Made by a program: the position numbers and the translations under genes. A DNA stretch of 64,000 nt from Chrysomallon squamiferum. Taxonomy: Eukaryota; Animalia; Mollusca. Position 1 is the stretch's first letter, and the number at the start of each line of letters is the position of its first letter. The stretch spans positions 13,454,001 through 13,518,000 of the forward strand of contig CM022670.1 in NCBI GenBank assembly GCA_012295275.1, read 5' to 3'. Of this stretch, positions 55,560-64,000 are shown one piece after another. The notes beneath the pieces are model-generated. The model saw only the letters and a program-made list of their open reading frames with translations, had not been told where the DNA came from and searched no databases.

Positions 55560-57162
55560 AATTAATTAATTCATAATAATAATAATAATAATAATAACAA
55601 TAATAATAATAATAATAATAAAAAGAAACAAAGAAAGAAAGAAAAAAGAAAGCAAGAAAGAAATTCGTTTTAATTATTATTATTATTACTATTTGAAAAA
55701 TGCAGCTAATGATTATTTGGTTTATTTCATCATATAACTGTTCTTTTAGCACATTTTTAATCTAAAATAAACTAAATAATGCGACTCCACGCGCCATAAT
55801 AAAACCAAAACCGCTCACAGCAATGATCAATTCGGCGATGACAGAGGCAAACAAAGGATCTGCAGTGTAAGAAGATTTAACTTAATTTGTTATTGTCAGA
55901 TGTTTTGTTGAGTGTTTTTCATTTAATAAACCCTAAAGGCCATTAATGTTCTGCACTTATGAAAAATTAAATTTTATTGCAGATTGCAGTAAGGCCGTAG
56001 ACTGTTCATCTTGTTGCTGTAGGAATATTAATGATTGCTTATGGAATTAACAGTTTATTGTTGTATGTAGTATTTCAACCATATCGTCGTTTCATCATTC
56101 TTTAATAGTACTACTAGTAAAAGCACTAATAAAAATAATAATAATTATAATAAAAGTAGTGGTAGTAGTAGTAGTAGTAATAATAATAATAATACCATCA
56201 ACTAAAACGATTATCAGTTTATCATGATAATGATCACAATAATTATACTTATTATCATGGTGCTGCTGCTGCTGCTGATGATGATATGATAATAATATCA
56301 ACCAAAACGATCATCTGTTTATTATAACAATAATGATGATAATGATGTGATGATTATTATCTTGATGAAATGATATGATAATGAAGATGCTAGTGATGAT
56401 CTGTTGTATTTTCTCTCAGGTAGATCTTTCCGACACAACAGCCCAGTGGTCCAACAAAGTCCTGCACCGGAAAGTACAAGTGCATGGGTGCGAAATTTCG
56501 TATTTCCGGCGGAATTTTCAGTGAACTGTCGCCTGATCGGACAAACGGATCCGGCTGCTTCAGATGTTTTCAGGTAACAAATACAAAAAAGATAACAAAA
56601 CAAGGCTTAAATACCTGTACAGGTTGAATCGAGTTTATTAAAGACATTTCAACACAGGACTGAATGGATTATCAAATGAACAAATACTGTTTAGTTTAGC
56701 GACTCTTCGTTACAGTTTGATAATAAACTGATTATATTAGTATTATTTGTGTGATTCTGTAACAACATTACGAAGAGAGAACCCACTTCTGCTGTTAAAA
56801 TATAATAGACTTTTTTTTTAATGAACTTGTCTATAAAGTGTAACAAAAATTACTACAAATGTCGTTTAAGAATGATTTGTTCACCAATAACAAACAAGCA
56901 AGGAAAACTACAGAAAAATAAAACGAAATGGAAGCATCAGTGTATCTTCTTCTCGTTATTAAATTTTGCTGCCATATTTTATTATTATCTAAGATTCATT
57001 CATATCTTAAAAAATGTCTCTAAATAAAATAAAATCTATGTAGGCAATTCTTTTACACAAATCAAGAGTATTTTAATATAAACAAAATTATTGAAATTGT
57101 TTGTTCATTTCACACTAGGTACACGTTTTCAAGACATAAAAAAAACCTAAAAAAACTAAATA

Positions 57163-57197
<35 letters not shown>

Positions 57198-60100
57198 TAA
57201 AAAGTAAATAAATAAATAATATTTTAAAAGTATGAAAAAACTATTTACACTATTGGGCTGCATGATAAATAACTTGTAAAAACTTGTGCTTTAATTTACT
57301 ATTTGCAGAAGAGGAATAAGGTTTCAGTGTGTGGAGACGTTTTACAGAAATGTGATGACTTAATCTCTGTAGTCGGCAGCAAAAGCGCCACCACAATAAA
57401 ACAGAAGCTGGCTTTCATTCAGTGTAAGTCGCCGTCAGAAATATAACCTTACAACAGAAGTCTAATTTCAAATCATTCTACCTCACAACGTGTTTACACA
57501 GTTTTCTTCTGTAGAAGATTACCACTGTTGAACAATAAGCATTAACAGTGAAAGGTAATGTAATACGTTCGTGGTACAATTCCAGCCCTAAAGAATAAAA
57601 ATACTACACCCTGTCGTAATCGTTTACAACACTAATAAATGCTGGCTTGGGTTAAAACAGTTATTTGATTCTAAACGTCTTTACTTCTGCTTCGACTGAG
57701 TTGTTATCTGTTTTGTTAGATTCATGTGAAATTGTATGCGAGAATTGTTTGTCTGGCTTCTAATCCCCGATGTACAGTGTGACCCGACAAAGTAGCAAAT
57801 AGCTGAATAATTCCCTTAATTATTTATTATTATATATTTTTGTTCTTCTTAAGTTATAGACGTAAAATGATCTGCAACAAAATGGTTCTTAAAATAGAAA
57901 TGAGAATTAATTTCAGATCTCTTTTTTTGTATTTCAAATAGCAAATTTCTTCCTTAATTTTCTCCAGACTTGAACACATATAAAACTTAAGAACAATGGA
58001 CAGAATTATAAGTTATGAGCATTATTAATATCAGCAAGATTAAAATGATTTTGTCTGTGTCGAGTTGTCATTTTTGGTAATAATATATTAAGGTGGGTTA
58101 TAGGCGAAAATTTGTGTATTATTTTTTTTTTATATGTATTATTTTAATTATTTAATTATTATTATATATATGTATATATCTATATATATATTTTTTTTTT
58201 TTATGTGGAAGAGTATTTTTATCATTCATTCATTATTTTACAGTTACATTTATATATACGATGACTTTAAACCTGCATAAATAACATTAATATTAACGAT
58301 AGCTTAATTCAGAGCTAACAGATCACTGAGTTTAAATTATAAATCAAGAAACTAAATGTATGATACTAATTATAATAAAAAAATATTTCAGTGATGTCAT
58401 GGGTGGAATCGGTTCCTTCGCCTCTTTGTGATCTTTGCGGTAAATCAATGATGCAGAATGGAAATCAGGAATGCGACGAAATTCATCAAATCTACCGACA
58501 CCGGCAGATAGATGGCAGCACCGCGGACGATAATTCAGACCAAGAAGAAACAGGACTGTCTTGCATTTCGCCGTCGGAATCGGAAATATCTGACTGTCTG
58601 GAAACGATTTTTGAAGTGGAAAACGAATGCGAATCTTCTCGAATGTCCTCCATGCCAGCCAGTCGTCTGACTCACAGAGAGAAGACTAAAGCGTCTTTAA
58701 CAAAGCAAGAACTGAAAATCAAAGAATTAGAGTTGGCCAAGGAGAAAGAACAAGCAGTGATGGCCGCCGCGGAAAACGAAACCAAAATGGCGGACGAAGA
58801 AAAATACCGAAAATGGTTACGCAACGATCAGCTGTTTTATCTGCCTGAGAACAGTTTCGAGAAGTTTTTCAAAAACGCCGGCGAGGAGAAAAAACGGCAG
58901 TTTCTTGGACAAAACGATAAATTAGCTCCGCCGGAAATAGCCGACGTAGGATTATCAGCCAGAGCAAAACAGAAAATAGTTAAGCAGAATTTTAAGAAAT
59001 CTTTATCGAAGTCTACGCCGAGTAAGATAAAAGTAGTACCAGCTATTGGACAAAGCAGTAACTTGCCAATTAAAGCAAAATGCTTGGAAAAAGAGTATCA
59101 AATACCGCTGCAGATGTATTTTAAATATGCCCAGTACGGAGACAGGAGACTTTCGAAATCAGAAGAAACTGATAGTTTGTCATCTCGCGTGCCAGTTACA
59201 ACGAAGAAAGTGAATATAAACGGAGCAAAATACGCCTATTCTCCGCGAAGTTCAATCAACGAACAGCAAAGTTCTCAAGCAATCGTAGACGGAAACCATT
59301 CTCTTAAGGACGTCAACGAGGAATTTTTCATGGACGTTCTTCCACGTGACGAGTTAAACGAACCCGCAATTACGGAGAGGATATTTGAAAGACATAAAGA
59401 CGTGAATCGTGAAACAAACAGCAAGTTAAGAGAAAACCTCGTGTCCAAGGACGATGTTAAGGAGAATGAACAACAAAACTGCGTGCCATCTACATCCGTT
59501 AATCACACACCAGCCAAAAAGTACGATCACATTCCAAAAGATGAAGTCTTCAGTCCTCGAGTCAATGTACATCGAAGGACAAGCAGTGACAACGTTAGTA
59601 TTACAAATGGAACTGCAGTGCCGGCAAATTCCCCGGTTTCTGTAGGTAACAGTGTGAATTATGAAATCATGGAATTTTTCAACCGAGAAAAGTTTAACGA
59701 AAGTGTCGGATGTTTCGACGAGGCTAGGAAAGAAAAGACTGCAAGAACGAATTCTTTAGTCTCGGGAAAAGATTCGGTGAGAAGTCACGGCTCAAATGAC
59801 AAAAACATTAACGGTAAAACTCCCAGCGTGTCTGTCAAACCTACTGGACCAGTCAGTATGGAAAATAATGTTCTTTCTTATGAAACACAGACAATGCATT
59901 CAAAAGAAAAAGAACGCTATCCAGATACCATTGTTTCGGATAAGAATGGTTATGAAAAGATTAATAATGCTGGTAATAATGGTGAGAGAATCGGCAATCA
60001 AACAAAACAGATAGGAGAGGGTGACAGTAAAGAGTTAATAACTAACAAGAAAATGATTACGTCAACGTTCCCCAAACCTTTGTCTTCTATTGGCTTGGCG

Positions 60101-61056
60101 AGTTCACACGGCAAAGTTGCCACGAAACTGACACCCAACAACGTAATCGAAGGTAATAGCAGTACAGACTTCAGTAACGTGTTTTCTATAGTAGATAAGA
60201 CAGGATGTACAGAGAAGACGAATAGCACGAAACTGAAGAGTGCTGTTCTTCCAGGGAGTAGTACTGTATCCCAAAATGATGATGGTTTTACAAACGGCAA
60301 CTCGTCTAGATCACGTAGACTTGGTGTCAGTTCAGAAAAATGTACTGAATCTGAAGACAGCGAATCGTCGACGGAAAGTTCCAGCTCGTCGTCAGACAGA
60401 ATATATTCCGATCCTAACTCTCCGTCTCAGCCGCCTGCTGTTACGTCAAAGAGCGATGACGTTCTCTCGCCGGAAAGCATTCTACGTCTTTCGAGAGAAT
60501 CGAGTAAAGATGTCCCGGGTCAAGGCGCAGACGAATCAGAACGTGCAAGCATTCAAGCTGCCACGCGAGAAAATACGTGGGTGACGTCGCAGGAAAACTC
60601 TCCCACTACTCAAGAGTCTCCTGACTTAAGCCCCGAATCGGAGGAGAAACTCCTGTTCCTTTCATTTCTGCAACAGTAACCATTATCGAAAAGAAAAACA
60701 GACCTGCAGAAAACGAGTCCTTGCAGAAGAGCGAGACTGTCGCACCCAGCAGACGCAAGGACGCTTTTCAGGAAATTGAGGTCGATTTTAGTAAAACTAC
60801 GCGATATTCGTTCAGAGAAGGAAAGTCGTCTGGCGTTTCAGAAGCAGAAACGAAGTTGACAAATGGCGTTAACGGAATTGGAGTGACGTCGGAGACGAAA
60901 ACAGTTCTGACAAGACCCAAACGTCCTCCGGGATTTGTGCACCCGATTTACAGAGATATCTCGGACATCGGCGACAGTGCCATCATTCCAAACAAACGTT
61001 TTGACGTTGTTAATTTCCTGTCTTTCAAAGCAGACAACTACTCCGAAGACTTCTAG
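52570..61056 (+). CDS. Large uncharacterised protein gene: globular N-terminal region plus a long Ser/Glu/Lys-rich low-complexity last exon; frame interrupted in this assembly
   Basis: 5'UTR donor at 51353 and acceptor at 52478. Coding exons about 52570-53155, 54315-54433, 55170-55279, 56420-56573, 57309-57423 and 58392-61056, with GT-AG ends and matching junction phases. Single-base frame breaks are needed near 53040, 56515 and 60648. The start codon is uncertain (52570, 52638, 52711 or 53091). No family recognised. Confidence 0.7.
53710..53929 (+). repeat. Tandem duplication of a (GA)n microsatellite together with its unique flanks
   Basis: TATGTCTACA..TATAT(GA)n-ACCAACACCTTATATTCGTTAATA occurs twice (about 53710-53800 and 53801-53929), with different GA lengths. 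Confidence 0.9.
55500..55620 (+). repeat. (TAA)n microsatellite cluster, representative of many ATT/TAA tracts in the window
   Basis: Read directly; similar tracts near 357, 531, 4136, 12517, 15660, 21360, 39377 and 57165. Confidence 0.95.
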
Positions 61057-61282
61057 ATATTTTATTATTTTAAAGTTTACCTGTGGCGGTGCTACCAAAG
61101 AGACTACGTCAAAATTTTAATCTTCCAGATGATTAAATTAATTGACTGCCAGGAATCCTTTGCTGATAATAAAGTATAAGAACAATTGTAATAAATCCTA
61201 GGTATTCGTAATGTCATATTTATATGGAAATATTAGTAGATTGATCCATATATCGAAACACACACACACACACTCGTATGTG

Positions 61283-61316
<34 letters not shown>

Positions 61317-61393
61317 AATATACACACTAACATACATACCTACATAAGTAAACTACACTTTGTTCTTATGTACACAGAAAAAAGAAGAAGCAA

Positions 61394-61425
<32 letters not shown>

Positions 61426-62241
61426 ACAACATTAGGTTAATGTAACATCCCAGTTCAAAGTGTCACTACGTGCTCGCTTAAATCGCGCCTACAAATTAAT
61501 TGAACCGAACGCTGAATCATGTCGTGAAATTCTTTCCTTCGTTTCTTCGTCTTGAGAGCGCTGTTCGCCATTAAAGTATGTTAATACCAGCGCATTTCCA
61601 CTAACTCACGGCCGTTAATTGCGTTACCACTTGTTTGAAAACAAATAAATTTGATTTAACTGACAGGGAAAGTGGATCAGTGTGTAAAGGGCGGAGTAAG
61701 ATGGAAGCTTAATGCGCTGGGTTCCAAGAATTTCTAGATTTTTTTTTTTTTTTTAAAAACGCCCTTGTATCGTATCTTGACAACGCTGTCAGTTATTCGG
61801 TTTTATTAAACTGTTAAAAACTGTTACAGAATGAATGGTTTCTTATAAGTATGTTGTTATTATCCGATCAATACTGCAGAGGTAGCGTTTAATTTGGTTT
61901 TTATATCGCCTAGTATAATTTAGTGGCAAATGACGGTATTCAGCTGAACTCGCCAACACGAGATAACATATCGCGAGAAGTAATTACGTGTAAAATGGCG
62001 CCCAAAGCTCAGTGGTTTTGCTTCAGTTTGGAACTGGCGACGTAAATCTAACATGAGGAATCTCAAAGTAGAAACCAGCTTATATAAAATTTGCCTGAAA
62101 AGAAAATGTTTGCATAATACATTTCATATATAATTTTACTTAATACTTCGTTAAATAGCATGTTTTTGTCACGATTATCAATTAGTTTTCTTAATCGATG
62201 TATTTTTTTGTTTGTTGTTGTTGTTTTTAGTTGTTGGTATT

Positions 62242-62277
<36 letters not shown>

Positions 62278-62729
62278 CTTTTTTAAAAATATATTATGGA
62301 ACAAGCCACAGAAGAAGATAACCATGGTTACCCAGAACTCGTTGCTGCTCGTTCCCATAACAGCTCAATACTTCAGGCACCCCCCCCCAAACAAAAAAAA
62401 AGAAAAAAAAAAAAAGGTCCGTTACTAGATTAATTGCTTAAAATGAAGACAGAATATACCACAGCAATATCCCGACTGGCCGCTAAAAAGGCAATTCAAT
62501 GATGAAGAGAATTCCTTCACAAGTTGCGTGTAGAACTGTATTTTTAAAGATGGGAGCCAAGGTTGAGGTATTAGTCATTATATATGTCACGGTTCTTCGG
62601 GTTAAACCTCACAAAATAGGCGGAGTGTTATACCTGAGAACAACATGAAATGCCATTTCGTCTTATAGCCAGTTGATTTACAATGCTCAGTGGATGTTGA
62701 TGGAATAATAATTATGTTCACAGAAACAG

Positions 62730-62830
62730 AGTGCTTTATTTAACGACACACACTGTATACATTTTTAATCCATAGGGGACTGATCCTGCGATCCATCACA
62801 TTTTTCAGAACATTTTGTCATTAATCTATC
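62730..62830 (-). mobile_element. Possible internally deleted SINE-like relic
   Basis: TTTATTTAACGACACACAC...CCATAGGGGACTGATCCTGCGATCCATCAC resembles, from memory, an abundant gastropod SINE-like repeat. Weaker fragments lie near 17890, 32420 and 36573 (TATGGTTAAGGACCAC). Confidence 0.3.
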
Positions 62831-62967
62831 TGATGTCTCTCTATCTATCTATCTATTTATCTATCTATCGGTATGCAAACAATAACGATGGTGTTATAGG
62901 ATTAATTAGAAATGAGTGTGTAGTGCTTTTTAAATTTCCTAAAATTGAAAATTAATTCTACTTGATG

Positions 62968-63042
62968 ATCGGTGCTCGGGAGCGATCCCAAAACATCTTC
63001 CCGTCTTCAAGCCTGACTGCTAACTACGCCATTGAAGCTGGT
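62968..63042 (-). mobile_element. Degenerate tRNA-derived SINE head
   Basis: The minus strand reads ACCAGCTTCAATGGCGTAGTTAG...GGGATCGCTCCCGAGCACCG, with an A-box-like TGGCGTAGTTAG and a B-box-like GGATCGCTCCC at tRNA-like spacing. No complete cloverleaf. Confidence 0.4.
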
Positions 63043-64000
63043 AGATAATTATGTCCATGGCACTTTGGGGTGTCATTAATCGCCTGAAAGCATTCCGTGA
63101 GATAAACGTGTTGACTTTATTTTAATTCTCTGCTTGTTATCAAACGTGGCTTTCTCTTTGCCGTGAACTAACAATGCACAGATTTACCAGCATCAAGGCG
63201 AAATTACCTTTCAACTTTGGAGACGGTTGTTATTTAATTAGCGAATATGCTTTTGTATTTAATGGATCGTTAATGACCCTGCGCTGAAGAGACGGGGCCA
63301 TTTAATTAACCAGCATTTTCGGCTTTCGGCGTCTTTCACCAGATCTCACGTATAGGAATCACACTATTGTTAAGAAGAAGAAGAAGGAAAAATGCTCTTA
63401 TGGATTTGTGTAAGCATACAACACTTATTGAAAGGTTCTTGACTTGTTTAATAAAGATGATAATGATTATGATGGTGATGATGAAAATGATGATAATAAT
63501 TATAACAAGCAGTAAGCAGCATAGCCTTTATCGCCAACTACAACAATAAAGCGCGCAACTATTTAAACCCGCTTATAATTATATACGAATGTGTTTTATA
63601 TTTCAGTTTTGTTTTATTTTGCTTTTTTTTTTTCTGTTCGTGTTTGTTGTTGTTTCTATTTTGTTTTTCTTATTTGTTTTATATGCTTTTTATTTCTTTT
63701 TCTTTATTATTATTATTATTATTATTATTTTGTGTTTGTTGTTTTTCTTTTTCGTCTTGCTCTCTCTCTCTTACTTCACACTGGATGAAGTTTATAGTGG
63801 TAAGCATGCTGAAATCACGAACACCCAAATAATAGAATTTATCAACAGACTTTATTGAATTAGTCCAGTTATCGCTTTTCACACTGTAGTGTTACAAGCA
63901 CTTAGCTGACTCGATCTGCAGTCGAGGACGTCTTAAAGACTATCACTGGTGGCAAGAAGGAATGACCTAAATACACTCCTGTGATAATAGTAGCAGTAGC

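Noticed and set aside
55821-55866. Candidate exon CAG|CAATGATC...GCAGT|GTAAGA in the orphan gene
   Set aside because: The acceptor is purine-rich and the phases do not fit. Exon 55170-55279 already supplies the needed phase 1 to 0 link.
60625-60679. Programmed -1 frameshift joining the 762-aa and 111-aa ORFs
   Set aside because: There is no canonical X XXY YYZ heptamer or obvious downstream structure. A missing A in GAGAAAC is simpler.
62968-63042. Functional tRNA gene
   Set aside because: The boxes are degenerate and I could not fold acceptor or anticodon stems. Treated as a SINE head.
86-63882. Dozens of 60-150 aa ORFs rich in poly-F, I, L, Y, ER or CV
   Set aside because: They are translations of microsatellites and poly-T tracts, mostly intronic, with no domain content.

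Overview
AT-rich, microsatellite-dense animal genomic DNA with GT-AG introns; gene content and repeats suggest a lophotrochozoan, probably a gastropod mollusc (inference). I assembled seven protein-coding genes by hand from splice sites and reading phase. They are: (1) a small single-Ig membrane protein (-, 1978-2502); (2) an 8-exon FANCF (+, 4656-8349); (3) a Ubc12/UBE2M-like E2 with an active-site insertion and a long acidic tail (+, 9742-12413); (4) a 14-exon SLC5/SGLT-family symporter with a remodelled sugar-binding site (+, 13940-21643); (5) UBL3 (-, 30112-33957), head-to-head with (6) STXBP4/Synip (+, 37044-46423); and (7) a large uncharacterised gene (+, about 52570-61056) whose frame breaks at several homopolymers. 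Also present are a hAT transposon end, degenerate SINE-like relics, small tandem duplications that copy STXBP4 exon boundaries, and a 3'UTR minisatellite. Most short ORFs in the track are microsatellite or antisense artefacts. I found no rRNA, tRNA or CRISPR array, and no clearly new multi-gene system. Comparisons to human proteins and known repeats are from memory, not from searches.
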